This document shows, piece after piece, positions 45,401-58,505 of a stretch of DNA of 64,000 nucleotides; positions within the stretch are counted from its first letter, which is position 1, and each line of letters starts with the position of its first letter. The position numbers and the translations under genes were made by a program. The notes under the pieces were generated by a model, which saw only the letters and a list, made by a program, of their open reading frames with translations, made no database searches and had not been told where the DNA came from. Origin of the DNA: Blastocladiella emersonii ATCC 22665 (lineage: Eukaryota; Fungi; Blastocladiomycota); contig JANHCV010000001.1 in NCBI GenBank assembly GCA_025594325.1, positions 4,712,001 through 4,776,000 of the forward strand, written 5' to 3'.

Positions 45401-48400
45401 TCGACCGCGAGCTCGGCAGCAACGCCGCCGCGACGAGTTCGCGCCCGCCGTCCCCATTGGTCGAGCGCCGCCGCGACGTGGTCGAGGTCCCGTCGTCGCC
45501 GTCGAGCACCGGTGCCGCGGTTCGCAGCGGCACCGGCTCGCCCGTTCCAACGGCGGCTGCGGCGGTTTCGGCCGCCGAGGTCGAGTCCGCGCTTGGCGCG
45601 GCCGTGCAGCAGGCCCACGACACGAGCATGGATGCCCAGCTCGCCGCTCAGTTGCAGGCCGTCGACGTCGACACGAGCGGCGACGCAGAGTTCGCCCGGC
45701 GGCTCGCTGCGTCCCTCGAGGCGCCAGCCGAGCCGCGGTCGGGCCACCCGGGCCTTCGCCGCCGCCGCGGTCCCGCACCGGAAACGGTCAACGACACCGT
45801 GGTCCTCGACTCGGACGACGACGAGTCGCACCCGACCAAGTCTCCCGCTCCCGAGCCCGCCGAGCCAGCAGCGCCTGCGCCCACGCACGACCTCGACAAC
45901 CAGATGTTCATCGTGATCCTCGACAGTCTCGGGTCCAAGCGCAAGCGCGCCGCCGACCAACTCGGCGACTATTTCGTCCGCGAGGCCCAGGCGCGCGGGC
46001 TCACGATCAAGGCCGGGTACGAGGTGCTCAAGATCGACGCCAAGGTGCCGCAGCAGCCCAACCTGTACGACTGCGGCGTCTACGTCATCCACTTCATCGA
46101 GCGCATCCTGCGCAACCCGCGCCTCATGCTCCAGACCATCCTCGACTCGGCCAACAACTCGAAGCGGCCACGCGCCAAGCCCAAAGCCAAGTCGAAGGCG
46201 GCGGCAGCAGCCTCGTTCTCGTCCTCGTCGCCGGCCGGGTCCGCTGCGAGCGGCGCGGCGCCAGACGACGACGCCGACCCGTGGGCCGGCGAAGAGGTCC
46301 CAAAGAAGCGCGTCACCCTCACCCACCTCGTCCTCGCACTCACCACCGAGTACCGTCAGGAGCTCGGGCTCCCCGTCGGCGTGCCGCACGGCGCGCAGAA
46401 CCAGGGCGCCGCGGGCGAGGACGACGACCGCGAGTCGTCGCCCGACATCCTCGACGTGGTCGAGATACCGGCGCCGCGACCGCCCACGCCGCCGCCCAAG
46501 GCTCCGGCGACGCAGCGCAAGCGCCGCAAGACGCAGGGTCCCCTACCCGGCGCCTTCAACAACGACGACCCGATGTCGGCGGCATCGTCCTCGAGCATGG
46601 CGCTCGGCGGGCTGCTCTCCCAGTCGGCCGACGGCATGGTCGCCCACGCGCCCGCGCAGGTGGAGCCGCCGCGCGCTACTCGGTCCCGCCGCTCGCAGCA
46701 CGTCGTCGTCAGTAGTGGAACTGAGGACGAGAACGAGAGCATGGACCTCGATATCGTCAACCCGCAGCCGCCGCCCGAGCCGCCCGCCCTCATCGCGCGC
46801 AAACGTCCCCGCGACGAGCACGGCCCGCTCAACGTCGTGCCGACGCCACCGGCTCTGCAGCCCCTGGCACCGCAGGACCCGCAGCAGCTTCCGGAGCCTT
46901 CCTCGCCGCTCATGCCGACGGGCAGCGACTACGACGACGAGTTTCCGCGGAGCCCGAATCGGCGGAAACGGCAGCGCACCGGCGAATTACTCGGCGAGCT
47001 CGCCGAGGGTCACGGCCTCGCGGGCACCGCCGCGGCCGACCATCAGCAGCAGCAGCAGTACGACTACCAGCAGTACCAGCAGTCCCAGCATGACGCCGAC
47101 CTGCCCGACGACTACTTTGCCGCGGACACCGGCATGGACATGGACGTGGACCCGTCGCAGGAGATCGTGTCACGCCCAACGACCGCCCTTTCGTCGCACG
47201 GTGACGCGGCGAACCCGCCGCTCGCCGTCGATCGCGGTACCCCCGCGGCCCCGGCCGACGTGGTGTCGCCGCAGGAGAACGACAAGATGTGGCGCCAACG
47301 GCGGCTCGAGCAGCAGCGCGGGTTCGGTACGGGTTCGTCGCTATCGAGCCCCTCGTTCCAGGTCCCCGCGCACGACCTGCCGCCCCTCCCGACGCAGCCG
47401 CTTCCCGCGCTGCCCACGTCCTCGTCCACGTCCGCGGCTGCCGCGCTCGCCGCGGCCACCCGCACGCCCCTGACCCCGCGCCGCAGGGCCGCCCTGGCGC
47501 GACGCACGGGTCCGAGTCCGCCGCCGCCGCCCGAGCAGCACGTGTTGGACTCGGCCTTCCAGTACAAGTCGTTGTCGACGGCCGTCTTGTCGCTCTCGAC
47601 CTCCGCATCCTCGTCCACGTCTTCGCTCGCGGCGGCGCACTCACACCGCTCGGGCGTGTGCGTGATCGACCCCAAGCTCGTCGACTACCAGCACGACGGC
47701 GTGTCCTCGCCCGCGCGCGATCCCGCCGCCCCGGCCCCGCCCGCCCCGCCCGCCCCGTCGACGTCAGCAACGGCCGCTGTCGATCCCACCACCACCCCCT
47801 TCGCCCAAAGTCTGGCCAGGCGGGGGCTCACCATGCCGCCGATCAAGCCCGCAACGCTGACGGGCTCCGCGGTCGCGCCGGCACCCGTCGCAGCATCGAC
47901 CACGCCCGCCGCCACGGGCTCGACCAAGCTCTCGCTTGACCTCCAGCCCGAGGACGAGCTGATGGCCGAGTCACACGCGCCTGCGTCGACATCGGCGTCG
48001 ACGGCGAGCTGGCGCGATCGCCCGCCAACGGTCCTCAAGGGCGCCAGCGGGCACGCGACGCCCGTCTCCGCGTCCGCGCACACGACGCCGCCCGCCGCCG
48101 CTGCTCCCGTCCGCGTCAGCGCGCCGGCAAGCGGTTCATCCGCGCCGACTCGGCCGCAGGCGCTCGAGACGTACGTTGTCGACGACGACGAGGACGACGC
48201 TGCGCACGCGGAAGGGCCCGAGATTGCGGTCGACCTCAGCGGGCTCAGCGGGTACGTACCGCCGTCGCAGGAGCGCGACAACAACGGCGACGTGGTCCAT
48301 TTCGGCGAGGACGACGGCAGCGCGCAGCCGCCCACGGTCCCGAAGCTCGCCCAGTCGCAGTACTTTGGCGGCGAGTCGTTGTCGATGTCGATGTCGGCCG

Positions 48401-49281
48401 CGCCGCGCGTCGAGGAGTCCAACCCGCTCCCGCCGCTGCCGAAGCCACCGTCGTCGGCCAAGCCCGTCGTCGCAGCTGAATCACGTGCGGCGCAGCAGTC
48501 CGTGACGCCGGTCGTGGTCCTCTCGTCGGACGACGAGGACGGTGCGTCCGCCGCGCCGCCGCCCGCCCCTCCGTCGAAGCCCGCGGCCGCCCCGAAGTCG
48601 GCCGGCTCGTTCGGCGACCTGTTCGAGGAGCTCGCCGATGGAATGGAGGAGCCGATCGGCCAGAACCAGGCCAAGTCCAAGGCCGCGCCCGCGTACGCGT
48701 CGTCGTACAAGATCACTGTTCCGGCTACCGCCAAGGACAAGGGCCGCCGTGGGGCGGGCAAGTCGGCGGCGGCGTCGGCGTCGCGCGCGACCTCAACGAC
48801 GGCGGCCAAGGGCAAGGGCACGTCGAGCGGGCGGTCGAGCGGGCGGCAGACGCCCAAGGCCGTCGAGTCGTCCGACGACGACATCGAGTTTGTCGGCGAG
48901 ACGCAGGCACCGGGCGCCAGCTCGAGCTCGAGTTTGGGTTTCGCTGCCGCGCCGCCTCGGAACGCTCGCTCGACGCGCAGCAAGGCGTCGTCATCGCGCA
49001 ACAGCCCCGAGATCGGCGGGTACGTTGACGACGACGACGACGACTACGCGCCGGTGACCGTCCGGCGCAGCTCGCGCCGGTCGCGCAACCAGCCCAAGGC
49101 GCACGAAGCCACGCTCGACGAGCTCCGCGCGAAGAAGGCGGCGGCGGCGGCGGCGGCGGGCCCGGGCGGCAAGTACCTCCAGGAGCCCGACCCGCGCGAC
49201 GGACGCAAGGGCCGGATCGGCGGCAGCATGGACCACAGCAAGGGCTTGATGTCGGACGAGATTTCCGACAGCGACGATTGA
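42482..49281 (+). CDS. ULP2: SUMO protease, Ulp2/SENP6-7-like (peptidase C48), with small 5' exons and one long 3' exon
   Basis: YLNDTMIEWY, YNTFFY, HWYLAVV (catalytic His), ILDSL (Asp) and PQQPNLYDCG (Gln/Cys) in ORF 43762..49281. The 5' exon structure and start are approximate. Confidence 0.85.
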
Positions 49282-49853
49282 GCGGTGGTGCGTGTGCGAG
49301 AAGAAGAGTGTGTGAATGAAGTTCGTTTTCCTTATCTAAATCGGTCGGTCGACGCGCCTTGCGACGCGACGCGAGGCGAGGTGTGCGGCTCGCTTACGTC
49401 GCGAGGGACGTTTGAGATCAGTCAGCCTCGGCGACCGGCAGCCGGTCGTGTGCCGTGAGGGCCGGCTAGTCAGGGACCGTGGCCAGGGTTACGCCCGCGA
49501 GAGCCGCGATGACCATGACCATGGCCGCCGCGGACTCACCGCGGCCGGCGGCGGAGCGTGGCGAGGGCGAACCGTCGGTCCGATGGGATCGCGCTGATCG
49601 ATCACTCCACACCTCGCCAAGGACCACGTCCACGGTGGGAGTGTCGCGAGCGTGGTGGTGGTCGGTCGGTCGCCGCAGGCAGGCAGGCAGTGGGGTCCGC
49701 CCTGGGTCCGCCCCGCCGGCTTGGCGCCACACCGCTCCTTCTCCCTTCCACTGCCAAGAATCGGATTCGTTCCCCTCTCCCTGCTCTGTCATACACGCGT
49801 GCTACTGGCCGCAACGTCGCCGGCGTCGCTCCCTGTAACGAATCCCCCGTCGT

Positions 49854-50147
49854 CGTGAAGTGGTGTCTGTACAGCTCGAGCTCGAAGCCGCTCCGCCTCC
49901 CTCCTCCCTCCTCCCTCCTCCCTCCTCCCTCCTCCCTCCTCCCTCCTCCCTCCCTCCCTCCCTCCCTCCCTCCCTCCCTCCCTCCCTCCCTCCTCCCTTC
50001 GTGAAGTGGTGTCTGTACAGCTCGAGCTCGAAGCCGCTCCGCCTCCCTCCTCCCTCCTCCCTCCTCCCTCCTCCCTCCTCCCTCCTCCCTCCTCCCTCCC
50101 TCCCTCCCTCCCTCCCTCCCTCCCTCCCTCCCTCCCTCCTCCCTTCG
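49854..50147 (+). repeat. 146-bp tandem duplication containing (CCTCCCT)n and (CCCT)n polypyrimidine microsatellite
   Basis: CGTGAAGTGGTGTCTGTACAGCTCGAGCTCGAAGCCGCTCC starts at both 49854 and 50000. Each copy is followed by about 100 bp of C/T only. Confidence 0.92.
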
Positions 50148-50246
50148 CTCTTTGCAAAGCCGTCCTCACCTCTGTATACCACTCGTCTCTTCCTCTACTC
50201 GCGCGTTGCCGGCCAACCTGTCCTCCCACCGACGTAACCGAACCCC

Positions 50247-53200
50247 ATGCATCGACCGCGCACCGACACCGCCATGGAGCCTGCCGCCGTCCCTGCCGCC
50301 ACCGCGCGGCGACCACGCCGCCGCCCGACCGCGTCGCTGGCGACCGCCGTCCTCGCGACGCTGGCCGCACTCTTCCTCGCCGTGACGCTGCTCGCGCCGC
50401 CCGCGCGCGCGCACTCGATCGACAACCCGGGCGAGGACCTGCTGCACTACGAGCTGCTGACGACGGCGCCGCGCGTCGAGGTGGTTCGGCCGGGCCGCAC
50501 GCCGCTGCACAAGCGCGGTGCGCGGCCCGCCGTGCACGCCGACGACCACCTGCGCGTCGCCCTGTCGGCCTTCAACCGCACCTTCCACCTGCACCTGCGC
50601 CCCGACACGCATCTCGTGCACCCGCAGGCGACCGTCACGGTGCACCGCCCCGACGGGTCCGTCGTCACCAAGCCGCTCACGGCGCGCGTCTACCGCGGCC
50701 GCGTCGTCGAGAACCGCGCCCACTCGGACCGCCTGCACGCCTGGGACGCGGCCGGCGTCGTGGCGCATGTCGCTGCCGCGGACGCGACGGCGCACCTCGC
50801 GCCCACGCGCCAGGAGCTCGTCGAAGAGGCCGCTGTCGGGACCGCGAGTCTCGTCATGGAGCACGACGGGTGCGTTTCCCTGCTGCGCTGCGAGCTGCGC
50901 CACCCTTCCTCCGCTGACGACCCTCCCATGTAGCCTCACCGAGCACGACGAGCTCGCCAACCACTACCCGAACACGCGCAAGCCCGTCTTCTACGCCCAC
51001 TTTGACGTGGCCGGCGAGCAGTACAAGGTGACCCCGCTGCACGCCTACGCCGCGACCAAGCGGCCCAACGACCCCGAGGTCGCTCCGCTCAAGGTCCGCC
51101 GCTCGGTCGGCGGGCCCGCCGCCGCCGACGCCACCATGCTCATCTACCGCGCCTCGGACACGGTCGCCGGCCGCCTGGGGAAGCGCGCCGCCGCGACCTC
51201 GGCCAACCCGCGCGACGGCCGCCGCCTGCTGATGCGCGACCCGATCGCGCCGCCCACCGCCGCCGCGTCGTCGCCGTCGGCCCCCGGCGAGTGCGGCGCC
51301 GGCCTCGTCGCGTGGAACCGCGATTACCGCAAAACCGCCGCAAAGGACCGCGCCCGCATGTTCCGCGACGCGGGGCTCCCCGCTGACCTCGTCGTCGTCG
51401 GCGAGCCGCTGTTCCCCAACTCGACGATCGACGGTGCGGATGCCGGCCACCTGCAGCGGCGCCAGGCGTCGCGCACCACGGTCAACGCGGCGGCCGCGGC
51501 GGCGACCAGCACGCCCATCACGTCGCCCGCGCAGTGCATCTCCAACCCCAAGTTCGTGTACATGGGCGTCGCGTCCGACTGCATGTACTCTGCGCAGTTC
51601 GGCAACTCCGAGTCGCAGGTCCTGACCCAGCTCATCAACGTGTGGTCGCAGGTGTCGGCGAAATACCAGACCACCTTCAACGTGGGCGTCGGGATCGTGT
51701 CGACCGAGGTCCGCCTGACGTGCGGCAAGGAGGCGTGGAACCGCGAGTGCTCGACGAGCTTCTCGATCCAGGACCGCCTCGGCGCCTTCTCGCAGTGGCG
51801 CGGCACCCGCGCGTCCGCCGAGGGCCTGTGGCACCTCATGTCGACGTGCAACACGGGCACCACGCTCGGCATCGCGTGGACGGGGACCGTGTGCCAGACC
51901 AAGGCCACGGCGCAATCGCGCGCCGCCGACCCGAGTTCCGGGACTACGGCGGGGACCGACTACGTGTCCGGGACCGGCGTGTCGACGCTGACGCGCGACC
52001 AGTGGAAGGTGGTCGCGCACGAGGTGGCGCACAACTTTGGCGCCGTCCACGACTGCATCAGCAGCCAGTGCTCGGCGGCGGCCGCGGCGGGGACGCGCAT
52101 CACGGACCTGTCGTGCTGCCCGTGCAGCACGGGCGGGACGACCACGGGCAACTGCGACTGCGGCGGCCAGTACATCATGAACCCGACCGACAACTCGCGC
52201 ACCGACGCCTTCTCGCCGTGCTCGGTTAGCAGCGTGTGCGGCACGCTGCAGCGCGCGCTCCGGTCGCCGCTCGGCGGCACCCAGTGCCTGCAGGAGCCCG
52301 GCGCCCAGACCACGCTGCAGGGCAAGGTGTGCGGCAACGGGATCCTCGAGGAGGGCGAGCAGTGCGACTGCGGCACCAAGTGCGACTCGGACGCGTGCTG
52401 CACCAAGGACTGCAAGTTCAAGGCGCCCGCCGTGTGCAGCGACACCAACAACCCCGGGTGCTGCGCCGGGTGCCAGTTCAAGCCCGCGGGGACCGTGTGC
52501 CGCGACTCGCAGGACTTCTGCGACGTGCCCGAGACGTGCAGCGGGACCTCGGCCGTGTGCCCGACCGACGCGTTCCGCGAGGACGGGCTCGCGTGCAAGC
52601 TCAACGGGACGTTCCCCGACGCGACGCGCGCCGCCGCCACCTACTGCGCGTCGGGCATGTGCACGTCGCGCAGCGCGCAGTGCTTCCTCGCGTCCAAGGG
52701 CCAGACCATGGTGTTCCAGACGGCGTGTTCCGCGCAGCAGGGGTCGTGCAGCGTCAGCTGCGCCGACCCGTCCGGCGGCAACGCGTGCTACCTCCTCGAC
52801 TCGGCCTTCTTTGACGGCACCGAGTGCGGGCTCGGCGGCCGGTGCCGCGCCGGGCAGTGCTCGGGCTCCTCGCTCCTCAACTCGCTCAGCTCGTGGCTCT
52901 ACGCGAACCCGACCGTCACCATCGTCGTCGCGATCATCCTCGGACTCTCGGTCCTCTCGTGCCTCTACTCGTGCTGCGTCCGCAAGTTCTGCGACAAGAT
53001 GCGCCAGCGCAAGGTGCCCGTCCGCATCCCCGCCCCGCCACCGCGCGCGTCGGTGAGTCCCGCGCTCGACCACGACTCGCCGCACCCGCCGCCCGCTCCT
53101 GCTGCCCCCGCGTCGACGGCCCCGCCCGCGATGGCGAGCGCGCCGCCCGCCGCGCGCCAGGATACCGCGCAGCGCATGTATGAGGAGCAGCAGGCGTACC

Positions 53201-53614
53201 TGTCGCAGGTCGCCACGTCGACGCGCCCGTCCCCGCCGCCCGCCGTCGCCGCGTCCGCGACGGGCCCCACGGGCAGCCCGTTCCCGCCACCGCGCTCGAC
53301 GCCCGTGCACCACTCGGGCGGCAGCGGCGGCAGCGCGTACGCCGCGGATACCTCGCACCAGCACCTCCTGCGGACCGCCGACCAAGACCCACCGTACGCC
53401 GCCTCGGTGTCGCAGGCTGGGTACGGGAACGAGGTGTACGCGCAGGCGCCGCCGCTCCGCCACAACCACCTGCAGGCCACCGGCGGTAGCAGGTATCCTC
53501 CCGCACCGTACGTCGAGCAGCCCCCCGTCACGGCGGCGTACGCGCAGTACTCTGGGTACGGGCAGCCGATCGGCCAGCCCCCGCCCCCGCAGCAGCAGCC
53601 GCAGGCGTACTACG

Positions 53615-53648
<34 letters not shown>

Positions 53649-53679
53649 CCCGCAAGGTACCGGGTATGGCGGCCGGTGA
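50247..53679 (+). CDS. ADAM-family zinc metalloprotease (prodomain, reprolysin, disintegrin, Cys-rich, TM; 2 exons)
   Basis: Signal anchor, intron about 50870..50933, HEVAHNFGAVHD zinc motif, Met-turn YIMNP, CGNGILEEGEQCDCG disintegrin, TM helix, and a P/Q/Y-rich tail. Confidence 0.93.
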
Positions 53680-53947
53680 CACGCGGCTGCGATGTTGAGT
53701 GGTTGATGGTCATGATGGAGGGCAATTGTATAAATTTTGTTTCGCGCTCGATGGATTGAATCGGTGTCAGTTAGAGGCTTTCGAGGAGAGCCTGCGGAGA
53801 GGGATGGGCTGATGGACGCGTCGCTCATCCGCGCGTGAGGACGGACACGTCGCTTGCTCTCGGAGTCGCGACCCTGTGAAGCGGAATCCTCAGGAGCCCG
53901 AGTGAAGGCGACGTGAGAGGACTACTCGATCAATTAAAACTGTGTAT

Positions 53948-54612
53948 TCACGGCGCGAGAGCGATCTCATGGCCACCGACAAGCTCCGCAGCCGTCGTCA
54001 GCGGTGCGCTGTCCTCGCTTGCGGTCGCGGGCGCAGCCGCCGCGGGCGCGACGGGCACGACCTTGGGCGGCGTGAACGGCGGCATCGCGTCCGCGGCTAG
54101 GTTCTCGAGCAGCGGGCGGGCATGGACGCAGCTCTTGGTGCTGCGATAACACGACGCGCGCGCGGCGACGCCCGGCGCGGCCATCCTGAACGGGATCAGC
54201 CCGTTGCTGAGGACCAGCGCGTACGCGGGCACGCCGTCGGGCTCCGTGACGGCGGTGGGCGAGGAGAAGACCGACCCGGGCGGCGGCATGGGCACGCGGA
54301 CCGTCATGGCGCTGGCCATCATGCCGGCGAAGGTGAGGGGTGAGCCCAGGATGCGCGTGCGCTCGCGGCAGAGGACGTCGTCCTCGAGGTGGCAAAGGAC
54401 GCGGACGACGTGGCGGCACGGTTCGAGGCGCGGCGGGAGCGCGGTCGGGTGGAACTCGGCGGTGTACGCGGCGAGGCCGGTCGCGAGGTGGGCGCACGAC
54501 CGCGACGAGCAGGTGAAGCGCGTCAGGTCGAGCGGCGGGTCAAAGTGAAGCGACTTGAAGGGCGCGCACAGGGCGAGCTGGAAGATCGCGACCGTGGTGA
54601 AGCGATCGGCGA
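53948..54612 (-). CDS. Hypothetical protein; 5' exon(s) unresolved
   Basis: Open frame with host-like codon use downstream of a TTAG acceptor near 54613. No family recognised. Confidence 0.4.
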
Positions 54613-55094
54613 CTAACCCGTGCCCATGAGGGTCCCTCGATCCGCCGTCGTGGACGAGGAAGATCTGCAGGGCGGGCAAAGCGAGCGGTTTTCTCCTCTT
54701 CGTTGTGGTCTTGGCGACCGTCGCGGGTGGCGACGCGGCGCACGGGAACACCTGGTACGGTCGCGGGCCAAACTCGCCCGCTTGATCTACGCGGGGGTCG
54801 CAAGATATGCGTAACTTGACACGCGCTCGGCAGGCGCCCAACGGCCTCCAGGGCGCCAATAACCCACCTGGATACTCTCAACTGTTCTACCAGCACATTG
54901 TCAATGATTCAATGTCATTCCCGTCAATCGCGCACTTCTGCCGATAGGTCGGATGCCCCGGCGTGATGGCGCGCTGATCGGCGGCGTCGCCACCGCCACC
55001 GTTGCCCGTCGCTGCCCTCGCTGCCGCCGATCACTCCTCCCCTACTTCTCTCGCCCCTGCCCTTTCACCAACCGCCGCACACGAACGGCACTCC

Positions 55095-56579
55095 ATGCAA
55101 CGCGACACCATGCAGACCCCGGACCACTCGGAGCACGACCACGAGCGCGAGTTTGACGTGGTCGTCTTTGGCGCCTCGGGCTTCACGGGCAAGTACGTCG
55201 CGGCGTACATTGCCACGACGGCGGCCGCTGTGAGCGCCGAGCTGAAGCGGTACGGAGCATCACGCCGTTTTACCCCTCCGCTGTCGTCCCGCTGACCCGC
55301 GAGACTCCGTAGCCCGCTGCGCTGGGCCATCGCCGGCCGTAGCCACGCGCGGCTCGAAGCGGTGCTGGCCGAGCACTGCGGCGGTGCGAAAGTCCCGGTC
55401 GTGCCGGTCGACGTTTTCGACACGACGGGGCTGCACAAGCTGGCGTCCTCGACGCGCGTGCTGATCAACTGCGTCGGCCCGTTCCGGTTCTACGGCGAAA
55501 ACGTCGTCCAGGCGTGCGTGTCGGGCGGCGCCAACTACGTCGACATCACGGGCGAGCCCGAGTTCATCGACCGGACGTACCTGAGCTTCGACGCCGACGC
55601 GAAGTCGCGCAACCTGACCATCGTCCCGGCGTGCGGCTTCGACTCGATGCCCGCCGACCTCGGCGTGCTGTACACGCGGGCCAAGATGATCGCCGACCGC
55701 ATCGTACCCGCGTCCATCGACATGTACCTGTCGCTGCACACGGGGCCGGCGGGGTTCGCCGCGCACTTCGCGACCTTCGAGAGCGCCGTCCAGGGGTTCG
55801 CCAACACGGGCGCGCTGCGTGCGATCCGCGCCCAGGTCGTGGCGCGCCGCCCGCGCGCGGCGCCCGTCACGTCGCTGCGTCCGGCCTTTGTCGGCCGCAC
55901 GGCCTGGCACCACGGGCTCGGCAAGTACACGCTGCCTTTCCCGGGCTCCGACGCGTCGGTCGTGCGCATGGGCATGGACCTCGTCGAGGGCAAGCCGGAT
56001 GCGCTCGTCCCGGTCCATTTCGGCGCGTACATGGCCATGGAGTCGCGCCGGTCGACGTTCGCGCTGACGGTCCTGGGCGCGGTGCTCTCGCTGCTCGCGC
56101 CGTACAAGTGGGGCCGGTGGCTGCTCCTCAAGTTCCCTCGCGCTTTCACCTTCGGCATCTTCAGCCACGCGGGCCCGACGCCCGCCATGATGGCGCAGAC
56201 GTCCTTCTCCGAGACCTTCATCGCGCGCGGGTACGCGCTGCCGGCGGGCGACGACGAGTCGCGCGACCACCTGGTGCGCGCGGGCGAGTCGGCCGAGGAG
56301 CGCGACGCGCTGCGCGCGCGGGTGGTCGGCGGACGGGCGCCGGATACTGAGTTTGTGGCGCGCGTGACGGGCCCCGAGCCAGGGTACATTGCGACGCCCG
56401 TGCTCGTCGTCAACGCCGCGTACACGGTGCTGCTCGAGAAGCGGAACGGGAACGGGAACGGGAACGTCGCGGCGGGCGTGCTCACGCCCGCGTCCGCGTT
56501 TTATCGGACTTCGCTGATCCACCGGCTCAAGGGCGCGGGGATCGGGTTCGCCGTGGTCAGCAAGAAGAGTCTCGTGTAA
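55095..56579 (+). CDS. SCCPDH: Saccharopine dehydrogenase-like oxidoreductase (2 exons)
   Basis: DVVVFGASGFTG Rossmann motif, WAIAGR, NCVGPFRFYGENVV, YVDITGE, CGFDSMPAD and GPEPGYIAT. Confidence 0.92.
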
Positions 56580-56679
56580 TCAACAGGGAAAGGAGGTTTG
56601 GTGGTGGGCAGTAGAAATATAGTAAGCAGCGACGGCCGCGGCCGAGTTTCCGCACCGCCACATCTCCCCCCGTGCGCGC

Positions 56680-58157
56680 TTAGCTCCACTGCGGGCCGGA
56701 CATGCGGCTGCCAGACCACGGGTCGGCCGACCCACCGCCGGCGCCGCCGCTCGACCCTGCGCCGCCGGACCACGACGAGGGCGACCACGACGATCCGGCG
56801 CTGGTGCCAGCGCCGCTGCCGGCGGGCGAGGGCCCGGGGGACCGCGCGCTCCACTGCGACGAGCCGGGCGCCGTGTACCCGCCGTCATACGCGCGGCCGC
56901 CCGTGTACCCGGTGCCGGCGCCGTACCCGCCGTCGTACCCCGTGGCGGCGGCGGCAGCCGAGTCGGCGACCATGGGGTTGTCGTGCTTGCCGAGCTCGAC
57001 GAGGATGCCGGCGAGCTTGGCCTGCAGGATGTTGATGGCCTCGGAGAAGATGACCTCGGGCGGAAGGCTGCCGACCGACTCGATGCCCATGTAGAACTTG
57101 GTCGGTTCGGCGTTGAAGTCGAAGGCTACAACAGGTCGAGAGAGTGAGGGGCCAGCGGGGGGTATGGACGGCAAAGAGATACGCACGCTCGCCATCTCGT
57201 GGTGGGTCCTCGAGCTCAGCGTTCTTGGACTTGGGCCACTCGACCTCGGCGTTCTCCTCGAACCACAGCTTGGTGTGGCGCAGCTTGTTGTGCGGGTCGT
57301 ACTCGAACGGGACCGCCGTGACGGGGATCCACTTGGCGTGCAGCTTGCCGATGCCCTTCTTGGCCGTGCACCGCAGCCGGATCTCCTGCCCCTGCGTGAG
57401 CTTGGCGATGAGAATCCCGCTCTCTGTTGTTCACGAGCGGAGCGCGTCAGCTTGGGACGAGGCGAGCACGCTCACGAGAGCACGCACCGTAAGGGACGGG
57501 GCTCACAGCCGTGTTGTGGCCCATGACCATGAGGTCCGTGCTGCGGACCTCCATGATCTCGTTGGCCGTGGTGCACCGCTTGTTGAGCGTCAGCACCACC
57601 GAGCACTTGTCGCACATGCCCGTGCACACGCATTCCTAGACACACGCGCGAGCGGGGGAACTCAGCCCATGCACCATCGCTCCCAGCGCGTGCGGATGGA
57701 TACGTACACTGGCATACTTCATCTCCTTGGCCATCCCGCTCTCGAGCGGGATCAGGCCGAGGCGGTGCGCGATGAACTCGTCGACGAGCGGCGACGTGTT
57801 GACTTCGACGTCGACGAGGTCGATGGCTACGCGCACGGATGGCGGGGAGACGATGAGCGAGTGCTCACGCAGCTATCCGCAAAGAAGCGGGCCAGTACCG
57901 ATGGTCGGGACCTCGGCAATCATGACGCGGCGGATCGAGTTGGCCATGCTGCACACATGCCGCCAGACCGCAGTTCAAGTTCAAGTTCAAGTTCACACAC
58001 ACATCCTCGCGCGCGTCAGAGCAGGAACGACCCAGTAACGCGGTGGGAGCGTGGTGTACCTGAGGTCCGTGTCCTCGAGAATCAGCGACACGTCGGTCGC
58101 GGAGATCTCGCGGACCGTCACCTTGGGCTGCTTCTTGGTATACATGGCAGAGTTCAT
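56680..58157 (-). CDS. RPB3: RNA polymerase II subunit RPB3, multi-exon
   Basis: [33 protein letters not shown], CxCxxxCxxC zinc loop, [12 protein letters not shown] and [12 protein letters not shown]. Confidence 0.96.
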
Positions 58158-58505
58158 TGTATTGCGACGAGTGGCTGGCGCGGGGGTGCCGCGGCCGACT
58201 TGAGGTCCTTGGCGAGGGGGGGACAGGCGAACTGGTCAGCGGTGCGCGGCGCGAGCGAGCAAGTGGTCGAGGCGAAATGGGCTCTGAGCATCACGTTTGC
58301 GCGACGGGCGTGGCAGGCCAGCGCGACGCGACCCGCGACTCGCACCTTGCGACCAGGATCATGGACCAGAGTTATTACAATTTGTTGGAAGCAAAATGGA
58401 GGAGGAGGAGGAGGAGGAGGATAGAAGATCGAGCAGGGGTAGTAGGGTAGATAGAAGGTCGGCGGTACACTTACATCAGTATCACACAGGGCACACGCGC
58501 ACGCA

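Noticed and set aside
42444-49281. Ulp protease next to the Helitron as possible transposon cargo (some transposons carry C48/OTU proteases)
   Set aside because: It lies outside the right inverted repeat and hairpin. It is intact and intron-containing, with Ulp2/SENP6-7 features of a host gene.
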